From NCBI GenBank assembly GCA_001662655.1, contig KV460206.1: a stretch of DNA of 64,000 nt. One strand, written 5' to 3'. Shown piece after piece: positions 49,532-63,000 of this stretch. This DNA comes from Pseudogymnoascus verrucosus. Taxonomy: Eukaryota. The position numbers were made by a program, and so were the translations under genes. Positions within the stretch are counted from its first letter, which is position 1; every line of letters starts with the position of its first letter. The notes under the pieces were generated by a model. The model was not told the origin of the DNA, ran no database searches, and saw only the letters and a program-made list of their open reading frames with translations.

Positions 49532-51590
49532 TCAGGGGCTTCCTGAACACGGCTTGCCCTCGAAATCCCTGGGCGTGGCGTTATGAAAAACAAGGCCCTG
49601 GTTATTTCTTGACTGATCAGGCGATGAGTGCTCTGATAGCGAAACCAGGTAGTCCGATCCTTGTTGGTCCCATTGATACTGGACATGGAGTTTGCCTTCT
49701 ACGCCAGTGCCGTCAAATTGGGTATTGTTGTTGCCGTATGCTATATTATTGCAGCTAGATTGAGGAGAGACCGAGAGCTCAGAGCCTTGCGAAGATAAAT
49801 ACTGCTGAGATATCGGCATCTGGGGATGGTAAAGATCGCTCACTGGCCCATGGCCATGAGACGTGCCAGAGTCTGTATCTGCTGGTGCCGACACGTATTG
49901 AGGGATTTGAAGTGGCTGAGACATCTGCAGGGCGAATTCGTCGCTTGGAAACGAACTGAGACCTGGAGTATGAAGAGCGTTGTCTCCGACGTCATATCCT
50001 GTCCAGTGATATCCACCGCCAGGGGTCTCGGGAGGTGAAAACCCGAGATCATACGGCGCGAAATATCCATTAGAAGGATCTTGGTTGGCGCCCAGTACGT
50101 CGTACTCTTGTTCGGATATATGCGAGTACTGTTTAGACTCCTCATCCATGTAGAATTGAGCGCCCCCGGCAATCTCATTTGGAGACCTCGGGGTTGGAGG
50201 GGCGAGGCCATTGGATGCTTGGATCAAATTGACCTGGCTGTCCATGCCGGCAAACTTCTTAAGCTCGTGGGGGAAGTGTGGACGAAGAGGGGACTGCGAA
50301 AGAGGCGCAACAGATTTGGAAACTCTGCTTCCCAGTACGTTGAGACCTGCACCAATAGATGCCGCGCGACGGACCCCAATACCAGGGCTCTTTGTTGCGC
50401 GTCGCTGCGGCGCGGCGGTTAAAGGAGTCTTCATACTCGGGGAGGCGCGGTCTCTAATCCCTTCTGTTCCAATTGGTGCTGGGCGTCGCTTGCTGCGGCG
50501 CGATGCGATGTCTGCTGAAGGGGGAGGTGACATGAATCTCATTGTTGCGCCCTCTTGCGAGGTCTCGGATGGCCTCCGGCTATCGCCCCTGTCATCTGGA
50601 ATGGTACGTAGGCTGCTTTGGCTGTGCTTGCCAACGAGCAGCTGTGACGGGAAAGTAGCTTGCGCAGGATTGGAGCTCCCTTGAGCTGGAATCTTATAAG
50701 AGTAGTTGTGGGCGTTTGGCATCGACATCATCATCGCTTTGCGTTCCAAGTTCTCCATTGCTGTTGGCGATGTCGTATAGCCGTTGTCTTCGTACTTAAT
50801 AATGTTGGAAGAGGCCGTATTTTGAAATTGAGTATGATCCAGTTCTCCCAAACTCTCGTAAATGGTTGCACCGAATTGATCTCCATCGGCCTGGTGATCA
50901 AACTCGAAACCATAGTTTCTCCGCTGATACGCGGCCTGGTTATCAAGCTCTGCGTGTTCAAGAGACTGGGAGCTTGCCACTACGGGAGCTTCGTACTTCT
51001 GATTGTATGAAGCCTTCTTATGAGCGCTGCCACTTCGAGGGCGTTTTGGTTCGTCTTCCGACGCAGCCTGCTCTTCTTCAAACATTTCCGAGAACTCCTT
51101 TGATAAATCGTATTCCTCGGTCTCTGGCTCACCAGATTGGGCGCGCTCAGTCTTGAGAAGTCTCGCCGCTTGCTTAACCTCATGTTTGGCTTTCGCTCGT
51201 CTGTTTTGAAACCAGTTCTAGGAAAGTGTCAGTACAGACTCCAAAAAGCACCTCGCCTCAACTTACGTTTATCCTGCAGACCTGCACACCCATGTTCTCT
51301 GCCAATTGGCGCTTCAAAGAACTCGGCGGCTTGTGGTTTTCTTGGAAATGGCGTTCTAAGAGCTCGACCTCCTGCTTCGCAAGGCGCGGTTTCGCATCAT
51401 TGCGATCGGGGAAATCCTCACTGTGAATCGCAGTGTTGTTCATTGGCGACGGCTGCATCATATCCGAGTAAACCTCTTGCTGGTAAAACTGCTGATCGTC
51501 GTAGGGAAGGCCATGATACGCTGGAGGCATAGACATTGGAAGGCCATACGCGGGTTGGTAGAATTGCTGTCCATAATTGGTGGGCTGCAT
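49532..51590 (-). CDS. Homeobox transcription factor, probably of the hbx1/HTF1/kal-1 developmental group
   Basis: Intron 51218-51266 joins KPRLAKQEVELLERHFQENHKPPSSLKRQLAENMGVQVCRIN|NWFQNRRAKAK. Downstream SPPPSADIASRR..RPAPIG and APPTP blocks. Confidence 0.88.
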
Positions 51591-53023
51591 TGCGACTTTT
51601 GAGGTCGCGGGGCCAGGGAGTCACTGGGTCTCGTTCTCGTGGCGATTGAAGGTTGTCTGATCGTGTTACCGAGTAACGTTCGACTCAGACAATATTCCCA
51701 GACCGAAGATCAGAGCAGAAGCGCAGATGCGGGGGGCGCAAGTGCAGAGTTGCAAGGTGCCCTGAACAAGCGCAGGTAGGGAAGCGGGCCAACAATGCCG
51801 AGCAGCTGGGAACCGAAAACGAGTGACTGTGGTGAGTTGTAAACACAATATGGAGCTAATAGCGAGAGAGCGAGTGTCGAGGAAGCGATATAGTGTCAAT
51901 AGACGGTGGATAAATATTTTAGGGCGCTATTGGGCGTTAAGGAGTGATCGGCGGGGGGCCGGTATCCTTGAAATCGGATGGAACGGGGCTCAGCGAGTGT
52001 TTTTGTCGGCTAAAAGAGCGACAGGAGCAGAATTGAAGGATCGGAAATGCGTCAATTGTAAACCCCTTCGCGAAATATCGAGATCCGAAAGCCCAATTGC
52101 TCAAGGCGCGGTCGTTTCTCCGCGGGAAGGATCGGCCTCGGTCGTGGATATGTGACCGGTTGAGGGTGTATGAAGTAGAGCAAGCGTCAATTCACGTTCT
52201 TCGTGTCTAATTGCGCATCCCGAGCGAAGGATGAGGAGAGATATGAAATATTTGTCGCGTCGGATCTGGGGAACGGGAACACGAAAGCGAATGTGAGCTC
52301 AGTCGACGAAGAGAAGGAGGTCGATGAGGATTTGGCGGGCAGAAGGGGAAAGGGATGATCGGTTTTCGCGCGCTGGGATTTGGGGCAGCCGAGTCGTTCC
52401 TGTCTGCAGGTAAGCGGTTCTTCAATCGGCGAGATTAGCTGCCTCGTCGGGGGGAACGACGGCAACGATCTTGAGGCGGATTGCGACGGGCGAGGGCGAG
52501 GGCGACGACGTGAAGAAGAAGAGGAGAGAAGGATCGATGGGTGGGATTTGAATGAAGATAAGCAACAGTGCACAGGTTGGGATCGGTTTTCCGTGTCGAT
52601 CTTCTGGGAGGCTGAGATCAGAAGGGAAAGTGTGGAGGAGAAAGTGATATTTGGTTCGTAAATAGGAATGATTTTCAGCCGGTGGGTGGGTGTGGTGTAT
52701 GGCTGCAAGTAAGTAAAGGTACAGAGTTTAAGGTACTACATGTGGTAAGGGGGTTAGACGCGACAAAAGTGACATGTGGGTGTGGTTTAGGAGAGTGTAG
52801 GGAGTTGGTTGTGAGTGGATGCGAGTGGTGGGTTTTAGGATGTATCAGTGGGTGCCAGTGGGTGGGCGGCGGAAGGTGTGTGGAAGAGCGAGAGAAAGAG
52901 AAGGGAATTGTGGAATTTGTGGGTGGGTGGGATGGATGGATGGGTGGGAAGGGGCGCCGGCCGGAGATGGGAGATGGGTTTAGATGGGATGGGCGGAGAC
53001 CGGGGAGGGGAGGGGGAGATTCA

Positions 53024-53345
53024 ACTGCTAGGATTACTAGGATTGCTTGGATTCGACTGCTAGAATTGCTAGGGTTGCTTGGATCACTCGCTAGAAATAT
53101 GCTAGGATAGCCTGTTAGGATGTGCTAGGACTTACTGGAATATGCTAGGATTGACTCGAATTACTAGCATTTACTGGAATTACTAGGGTGTTGCTAGAAT
53201 AGAAATCAGCTAGGATCACTAGGAGTGCAACTGGGATTTGCTTGAAATCAGCTAGGATCACTAGGAGTGCACTGGGATTTGCTTGAAATCAGCTAGGATC
53301 AACTGGAATTGCAACTGGGATTTGCTTGGATTTGCTTGGATTGCT
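53024..53345. repeat. Degenerate 9-10 bp satellite (GCTAGGATT-like) with a 3x ~41-bp higher-order repeat
   Basis: gaaatcagctaggatcactaggagtgc(a)actgggatttgctt repeated near 53202, 53245 and 53285. Confidence 0.85.
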
Positions 53346-56300
53346 TTTGTATGCAACTGTCTGTGACTTGACTTTCTTTTGAATTGGCTGCAAAGGTACA
53401 AACCACCCACCACTCCCCTAACTTCCTTCCTTACTTAGCAAGGATTGGCTGCATCTGGAGGCGTTAATCCCCACGGTGTGGTTTCGCTTTACCCTTTCCC
53501 TTATGAAAGTCGTAGTCGTACGAGTAGTAGTCGTACCAGTAGTAAACGCAACGTGTAATAGAGTAAGAGTACTGTGAGTAAGGTACGACGAGTAAATAGA
53601 TGGGTGTGGTATGAGTGGAAGCTACAAGTACTCTAGGGGGAGGATGTATGTAACTCACAGTACGGAGTACACACTCCAAAACAACCGTATACTCCGCATA
53701 ACAACACTTCCACGCCTCCAGAACGCGCCAGACTCTCACAGCCCCCAATCAAAGCACTCTACGCCACTCTACCCTACTATAAACTCCTCTCTCCAGCCAA
53801 CAAACATTAAAGTGCCGCCCATCTCATCCAAACAACACCATGTTTATCTCCAGCTTATAATCCGACCACTCACACCTCGCCGTCTCGTCCTCGTTACCCG
53901 TTCGTGTCGTCGGTCTGGACCGCCCATAGCCCGCGTTCGACTCCTGTCAAGACCTGTCGTGAATTGGGACGACGGGATTGGTCGGGGCGTTGCGACTAGA
54001 CACATGCTCTCACTGTGTGGTGTGTGTATGGAGGAGGAACTAACTTGTACGGTACACCACTCGTACCCGCACCCACAAACTGCACTTCGTACTCCTCCCA
54101 CTCCCTTACTCGAGTTACTTGCAGACACTCACAGTAGTTCGCAGCACCACCAATCGTACCACCACCCGCTCACTTTCTCCGCCCCGCCCCGCCCCCCGTG
54201 TCTCTGCCTGGTCCTCCCCCTCTCCCCTCACCTCACCTCACACCTCCTTCTGGTAAGTGTCTCAGCCCTCTTTCTTTCCTCTTTCGTCCTCCCCGACCTC
54301 CAGGCGCCTCCATCCCGCCCATCCCGTTACAATTCCAGTAATACCGCCTCCAGCCATCCATCCCCATCCATACCGCATACTGTAACCCCTCCTCCATTCG
54401 TCACTCTCGCCTCCATTCGTCACTCTCTCCTCCATTCGCCTCCCTTTCTTAGCTTGGCTAACTGAGTGGCCAGACGCGAAAACCCATCATACACACACAC
54501 ACATGCATGCATGCACCAGCGCTTGGGCCCGAGAGGGGATGGCCCATATAGATTGCTGATCTCGAAGTTCGGGAACCAAGGATCGAGCTGTTTGATCACC
54601 GGGGAGAGGAGTAGTAGTAGTGGGACGTCCAAGACCGCCGCGCGACCGCCGGAGCGCAGGAGTCCAGGCGTCCCCGATCCTTCCCCGTCTGTCGCCGCAG
54701 CACCAGCACCACCAGCAGTAGCAAGCAGGAGGCCAAACAAGCCAAGGGATCCTGTACAGTGCAGTACGGTACGGCGCACACACGCTCCGCTCCTCCCCAA
54801 GGACCCCGAACCTGAACTCGAACCCTGGATATGACCTGTCACCTGCGTCTCTTGACAGGCATCGCGCGTGTTCTTCTGCGTGCGTCGTCCGTTATTTTAG
54901 ACAGATAGTGTCATACATGCTTACCCTACGCCCTAGTACCGTACCGTAAAACCCGAGGAGCGAACTTTTTTTCTTCGCGCTCCGTATATGAATCCCTCTT
55001 ACTGGCCGGGGGGACCATAGCACTTGTTCCTAACCGCCACCCACCCTCCCAGCAAAACCCTCATGGGCTGATGGGGGCGACGACCGGTGCTGTGCAGGAC
55101 AGGACAGGGGCCGTTCGCTCGACACAAGAAAACAACGGCGGTGGTCCACGACTGGTAACTGGCTCCATACCTTTCACATTTCTCGTCCCCCAGCGACCCG
55201 CAAAACAGCCGAGTCTAGCCTTGACAAATCCCAGCTAGATATCGCTTAACAATACTGTAAAAGTAATCTCAACGGCGGTTAATTGGTGAAAAAGCCGAAG
55301 AAGCTGAGCTGCCACCACACACACACAGCCCAGCAGCAGCAAGCACAGACACTTTGCCACCGGCGCCCGTTCTGCCACGAGGTTTTGCTTGGCTTGGCTT
55401 TTGTGTGTGGGGACTCGTGTGTGTGTACGTGCATGTCTACGATCTGACAAACAGCAGGCCGGCGGCGATAATGGAGTTAATCCCCGATAACTGACAAGAA
55501 TTGCTGACGGTCGACTGCTGCGGCTAGGAGGGCCCACGACCGGTCGAGATTTCTAGCATGCACCACGTAGTCGGTTCGCTCGCTGGGTGTATGAAGGGGG
55601 TAGTGGTCGGTGGTGGTCTACAGCAGCCTAGTCCCACGGCCATGCCGGCGTCGACTCTCTCCATGCATGCATCGCGCGCGGGCACTGCATTCTGCATTCT
55701 GCAGTGACCAGATGCAGTTGCCAGAACATTCGCAGTCGCGCCTAGGCACAACGGAATTCCTCTAGTCCAGCTTTAGGCACACAACCACCACAAACTTATC
55801 CATACAAGTGCACTTACGACTTGCAGCAAGCCAGCCCATTTCCTAATACTGTATGTGCGATTTCCCAAATGGGGTGTGCCTGTGGGTTTATGTATGCAAG
55901 GCTTGTGCATGATCTAGTGTCCTCCAATTGCAGACAACATGCGGCTTGCGCCCATCCATGTGATGGGCTCCGAATGTACTGCTGGGAGTCGGGGGGGTTT
56001 CTATTTTGGCTGAGGAGAAGGGGGAGGGAGGGAAGAAAGTGTAATAATACGGTTTTGATATAGGGAAGTCAAATATAGATTATGCGCATCGGGAGGGAGG
56101 CGCATTTAAGGGGGGCAATGATCTGCGTTTATCCAGATCGATGGGCCCTGCGATGTAATATGTGGTTCAATATGTGGTTCGTATCGCGGCGGTGAGGTAG
56201 GGCCGCTATTTGAAAGGTTTGGGGGGTTGTGAGATATCTTCCAGAGTGCACCCAACAGTAACCAGAGTGTTCCAACAGCAGCCAGAGTGCTCCAGCAATA

Positions 56301-59300
56301 GGATCATGGAAGTGACAAACTCGGGCTGGGCTATATATCACTTTCGCGCCGGGAAAGGTGAGACTGATTAACCTAGCCGCCGGAATTTCGTAATCTTCCC
56401 CCTCTAGCCTCTAGGACGATATCATATCATATCCCATCCCAATATCCCCGCGATACCACCTATCCAACGCCAACGGCGACATCCATCCCCCCCTAGCCCA
56501 GCGAATACAACCAACCAAACATCACGAAAATCATACGCCATTCACGTGGCGATACGCTGGGCATCCTCACCCACCACCAAACACGACCACGGTACGGTAC
56601 ATCACATCACCACTCCCGTCCCACACAATCGGTTCATGGCGCTATATCCGGGGCATCATTATGATTATCAAGCCGAAGATAACCCAGCAAAAACTGCCGT
56701 TCCCTTTGTCTCCCTCCCCGCCCACCCACCACAAGCGCCCGCGGCGTCGGCGAGCGAGCTTATCTCTCATCCACCTCTCATCCACCTCTCTCTCCTCTCT
56801 CCAGGCCCTAAACCACGGTACACGACCCCCCGCCCCGCCCCGCCACCCGGTGGAGAGGCCGGCAGCGGAGAGAGCTGTCTTTGAAGCCGAAAAACTCCCC
56901 CTCACACGGACCCTTTTTTTCCCCAGTCCCAGTCCCAGTCCCAGTCCCGGGGCGTCCGAAGTTTTTGTCTTTCTAGGTTCGGGGGGGGGATTGTTGGGAT
57001 GGAGAAGGGGAGTAGAATTAGGTAAATTTAAGCGGTTGCAGGTAGGCAGGCACCTTGCTTCGCGAAGGGAGGGCACGACAGCAGCCCTGGCAGGTGTGTC
57101 GGCGGCGGACGGGCAGCCACACACGTACGGAGTGAACACCACGCCACACCACACCAGCCTAAAAAAAGGAGGGTGCGTGCACACACACACACAGACACAC
57201 CAGCGGCGTAGTTTAGTAGCTTTGCCCTGTGTATCCGCCCTAAAACCGGTGCAGGGTACAGTACGATACAGCGCTACGCACATACATGCAAGTTACTATA
57301 CGGCGGTGGTGGTGGGTGGTGGCCATCTCATCGCATCGCATCGCACCTCAGCCCACACTTTTCAGCTCCCCTCCCCGTACCTGAGCACTTCCCCCTCTCT
57401 CCATCTCCCTCCCCTCCCTCTCCCCCTTTACAGCGGGGCCGCGGATTGGCCGACCAGAAGCGAGTTGAAAATCGCGGAGGAGGACGGAGTTGAGGCGCCG
57501 AGGCAAGGCAGGGCAGGCAGGCAGGGCGCCAGGTCGGTCGGTCATCTCATCTCGGCAGATCTGCCCTCTTCTCCCCGCCCCTCTGCCTGCGCCCCGCCGC
57601 TCCTCTCTCCAGTGCTGCTGGGCAGTTATGTATACACAAGTCCGCCCATCTTTATGCCCAGAAAGAGAGGGGACGCTAGGGGGTGTGCACGCACTGACAA
57701 TGGGCGGCCTCGCGTATTTACAAGACACTTCCGCGCCGACCAGGGGGTGAGGGGGCGGCCTCGTGGCACCCTGGTTTTGGGGTCAGGGATACGTCGAGGG
57801 GGGGGATCGCTGGGATGTAAGTGCCCAGGAGGTAGATATCTGCGCTCTGCGAGCTACGGACGCCACGCTTTGTAGTTGGGATGAGGATGATGGGATGGGT
57901 GAATGGAGACCGAGAGAGAGGGGTGCCACGTACGATGGGGATGGGGGGGTGATATGCGGGTGTAGGTATAAATAAAGTAGTGCACACATACGCAGAGAGG
58001 GCGAGGGTATGCCACGCATACGCCTCGCACTGGGCTCGTACACGTATAGTGATGGATGGGGGAATACAAAGAGGAGCTGAGCTGAGCTCTTGTTCCAGCA
58101 CTGGCGGTACTGGGAGAGCGCTGGCTGGCTGGGAGACAGCGTCAGCATAGCCAGCGCCGCCCTGAGACACCCCCTCTCCCCTCCCCCCCGCTGACTCCTC
58201 TCCCTCACTACTGCAGAAAGAAACCCACTGATGCGCCGACCGACCGAACCGGCAGCGCAGTAGTATCCACACAACGCAACACACCTATCCCCCACCTCAG
58301 CATCGCATCATCGCATCTGGTAGAAGGCAGAAAAACAGAACCACGTGCATACTCACTCACCGTAGCTTGCCGTAGCTTTGCATTGGCGGTTTCAGCAGCG
58401 CTTGCGTCGTATACTCTAGAGCAGACTGGCCAGGGCGGCGAAAGAGGGGGGCAGAAGGGAGACAGACACCCCGTATGTTGGTCGGGATCCCGCATGCAGG
58501 TACGAGAAGCGCGCGCGGTCCCTGCCAGGCTGCTGCGCCGCCTTGGTGGCGACGGAGGGATATGTCCCTTTCCTTTTTTTTTCACCACGGCAATCAGGGG
58601 GAGTAGGTAGATAGGTAGGGGAAGTAAGGGGCCCCGTCGTCCCACCATCAGCAAGAACCTTTTGCTCGCTCGCTCGGACTGTAGTTGTAGTTTGATTTTT
58701 CGTCGTATTTCAGCCTGGAGTGGTTGAGATGGGACGGAGGTGCAGATGCGATACCTTGCTTCGTCTCAGTGCCACGCAGTATCTCATCTCATCTTATCCC
58801 CTATCATGCTGGCGCTGAGCCCATAAGCTAGCCAGCCAGCCAGCTAGCCAGCTCTCTCCAGGCGCCCGGTAACTCGCGCGCAAAAGGTATATTCCGTCCC
58901 TCTCCCCTGCCGAGACCGGTCCGGAACCACAGCCAGCCAGCCAGCCAGCCAGCGCCCGACCAGAGAATCCATCCCATCCACTCCTCAAAGTAGCTGTGTA
59001 AGGTAAGTAGCAGCCCCAAACCCCCCAACCCAAACGCCACCAGCCTGACCGCCGGGCCCAGCCGTCAGGTAGGGAGTGCACAGTCCAAAGGCTTAACCCC
59101 GCCTCTGGGCTATCGCTGGGACAGCTCCTGATTGTACCATACTTTGGTAAGGCAAGTGTCGTGGGTTTGGTAAGAACCGCGGGTGGGAGAGGAGGACCCC
59201 GCTGTGGTGAAACGAGGCGTCTTACAGATGGGGTGGGTGAGGGGGTTGGTGATCCGCCTTACACTTGGTGATGGACGGGCGGGCTGGTATCTGTGGTGTT

Positions 59301-60062
59301 GAGGGGAAGTTTGGGAGTCTGGAGTGGTAGGGTAGAGTGGGGTATCGTCTTGAACTTGAAACTTAACTTGCTTTTATCGTGCCGTCGTGGGGGACGGCAG
59401 GTGTGTTACTGTAGCGCGGTCGTCTCAGTTCCATGCCACAAAGCCACGCCAAGACTAGACTTTGTGACGGGCTATGATGTGATGTTAGTTAACTGATTGC
59501 AAGCTCTCGGTAGTTGTACTCTGGAGATTCGACCCCTCTGTGTGTGTGTGCCGCGTCAGATGGCCAGGTGCCGATCAAACCCCCTTTACAGCCCGTGTTG
59601 TAAATGACGAAGCTCATCCCCTATTTCCTGTCACCCAACCAAATGACTACCCCTATGATTCAAAATCGCTCGTAGATATATATCACATTTTGGAATGTAG
59701 CAGTAGTAGTAGCAGTTCCCCTGAATGCCATGTAGAGAAACTTGATGAAGCAATGTAAAAAATCGTCATAGGTAAATAATTTCGTTTATAAGAGTTGCCA
59801 CTCGAAAGAAGAAGCTAGAATATATGTATGGATAGAAGACCACCAAAAACAAAACAGGTGTCAATCCATCAATTACAATCGTTTACATAACCCCCCTTCC
59901 TTCGTATCAGCAACCAAAAAAAAACGAACAAAAACAGTAATATAAACCAGACCCAATGCGCCAAACGCGCTTCGCTGAACGTTATGTGTACGTGTGAAAA
60001 ACCATATATGCATCTCCCATCAAACCCCCCCTTTCACCAAATCACCCCCCGCCCCTCGTAGC

Positions 60063-63000
60063 TCAATAAACACTATTCCCCCTCGAGCTCCCCGAATCGC
60101 TCGGCGTAGTCGGCTCAATACTAACCTGATTCCTAATCGTCATAATCCACTCATGCTGCAACAACTCCACCGCCGACGCCCTCTGTTTCGGATCCCTCAA
60201 AAAGCACCTATTCAAGAAATCAATCCCTCCCGCACTCAACTGATCCGCATTCGGCAACTGCGGCGGATTGCCCTGGGCGATGTTAAACATGATAGCCCAT
60301 TCATTATCCAGGGACGCCCAGGGACGCCGGCCCGTGGCCATCTCGAGGATCACGCAGCCGAGAGACCAGACGTCGACGGCGCCGGCGCGGCCGGGGTTCT
60401 CGCCTTTGATGACTTCGGGGGACATGTACATGGGGGTGCCGGTCATGGATTTGTTGGCTTTGGGGAGGATGGAGGAGTCGCCGTTGATGAGGGTTTTGCC
60501 TTGGCGGGCGATTACTTTGGCGGCGCCGAAGTCGACGTATTTGATTACGCCGTTGTGGTCGAGGAGAATGTCTAGAGAGTGTTAGAACCGGGGCTTTGGG
60601 AGTGAGCAAAGGGGAAACTTACTTTCTGGCTTGATATCGCGGTGGACGATGCCGCTTTCGTGGAGGTAGGCTAGGCCCTCGAGAAGTTGCAGTGCGTAAA
60701 CCATGATAACCTGCTCATCTTCGATTCTACCGTAGTCGAGTAATCCAGCGAGGGATCCGCCAGAACAGTATTCCATGAAGATGTAGACCTTGTCTCTGTG
60801 AACTTCAATGCCGAGGTAGGATACGACATTAGGATGATCAAGAACTTCAAGGACGCCCATCTCATCCCTAATTTGGCCCGCGATAGTAGGGATGAGTTGT
60901 GGATCCTGGAGACGAATTTCCTTGACGGCCATGAGGAAGCCAGAATCGAGGTTGGTCGCTTCATAAACAGACCCAAAGGTTCCACCTCCAACGAACTTGC
61001 CCTGCTGCCAACGCATGGTAACATTTGTTGCCGACGATGACAGGAAAGTGAGAGAGCGGTCAGCATCACTGGATTCTTCCAAAACCCGCCCAAGAGTCTG
61101 CCTCTCAGCTTGCTTCTGCTTTCGGAGTTGATCAATCTCATTCAATTGCTCAAGGCGCTGCTCGCTAATGTAGGCGGCAGAGGCCTCGTCGTCAAGCATT
61201 CTGCTCGCATCGAACTTGCGGAATTGGCCTGCAAGTGCATCAATTCGCTGCTTTTCTGCCTGTGCTGCTGCTAGTGTCGATCTCGCGCCCATAATATCAA
61301 AGTGGGAGATCAACAGGCTCATACATCCAGCGACCTTTGCCCGAAGCCTGGCATACTCGTCGTCTCCCAACTCGAGGATGTGCTGGCCTTGCGTCATGAG
61401 CATGGAGAACTCCAGGGCAAGGACTGCCCATTTAAAGGTCTTTCTGTCGGATGCAACGCAGTCGTCGCAGATGAAGCTGACCCAGTCCAAAGCCAGCTTA
61501 GTGAGCTTGAGGTTATTCATCTGTCGACGGTTCCTGTCCATATAAAGGAGCGAACGTTGACCGAACTCGGTTGCAAAAACAAAACAATTGTGGATGAGCT
61601 CCTGGCAGTCCAACCCCGCTGTCTGCTTCCGGATAACTTGAACGCTATCCATGATGGTGTTGGATAGCTTGTAAGCCACCTTTTTGATCTCGGTGAGCTT
61701 GGCGTTGACCTTGTGTAAGTTTGACCGTTGCTCAACAACCATGTCAAGTGGTAACTCTATTCTGCTTATGAATGCCAGCCTAGCGCTAGCAAGGCGTGCC
61801 TGCGACCCATCTGCAATTAGGCGCAAATGCCCCAGTTTTAGATCAATCGATGGCTCTCTGGTGTCTGCATCCATCTGGCGTCCCATCCATTGAAGAGGCA
61901 CTTCAGGGCGCATGATCAATAGGTATGGATGGTCCACCCCATCAACCTCATCTTCGTGGTAGCAATTGCTCAGTATAGTGGCAATATGTTTAGGCCTATT
62001 CCATAGAGATGGCGAGGCCAATAAAAAGATGCCATCATGCTCAAAACTCGCGGTATAGACAAGGAAGTGACCAGAATCTATAAGCTTATCGTAAAACTGT
62101 ATCGTCTCGTCTCTATCCATGGACATGCTGAAATCGGTTGCGTTCTCAAACCGATCGCTCAAAACTCGAGAAAATCTTTGCAACATACGCTGTCGAACTC
62201 GGACGGAATCTAGAATTGCTTTGTAACGTTTGTTCATCTCTGCTGCCGTCTCTGTCGGTTTCTTCTGAAGCTCACGTTCAAACGTTAAGCTGAGGCGGCT
62301 CAGGGCCTTGTGGGTCAAGGAGCTGAATTGTTCTGCGACCTCTACATCACCACCCTGCAAATGGCGGCCAATCTCGTTGGAAAATGCCCACTCCTGCTCG
62401 AGTACCTCGGCCTCCTTGAAAGCGTTCTTATTGCCTCCGAGCTTCCAACCGAGCATTTTGAAGTAATATTTGAGGGCGTCGAGAATAACCTGATCAAACG
62501 AGTCATCGATGCATGGCGGCAAATCCCATCCTGGCTCAGGCTGGGATATAGCTGCATTCTCCTGCTTTATACGCACAGCCAACTTGAGCAGGATCTGAAA
62601 CTGTGAAATCATCTGCTCCTGCATCATGGGGTTCTGTTGCGCCGTCTCCCTGACCTTTCTTGCGTATTCCAACCGCACCACGATGATTTGCTCAATCAAC
62701 CGGGAAGGGAAACTAATGAGGGTAAGAAGCTCCTCGATGTAAGGCGGAAGATGTCTCTTCGCAAACTCTGCCGAGTTCTCGATCAATGTCATCTTTGCCT
62801 TCATAACGACATCGGAAACGCCCACGAGCATACTCTCATCGCCATGAAGAGATTTCAAGCCATCTTCTTTGAGAAGCCTGTCGATAAAAGGTGCGCCATC
62901 TGATAGTCCATCAGAACCGGGAGAGCGTTCCTTGACCTTCAAGAAGTCGAGTTCAGGGTTTCCAACCCAGTTTTGAAGCACATTGAGCTCAATGTTTATG

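Noticed and set aside
53611..54465. 284-aa ORF
   Set aside because: C/T-rich low-complexity translation; no family resemblance.
56661..57875. 404-aa ORF in the large intergenic region
   Set aside because: Runs through microsatellites and low-complexity tracts; no recognisable domain or codon bias.
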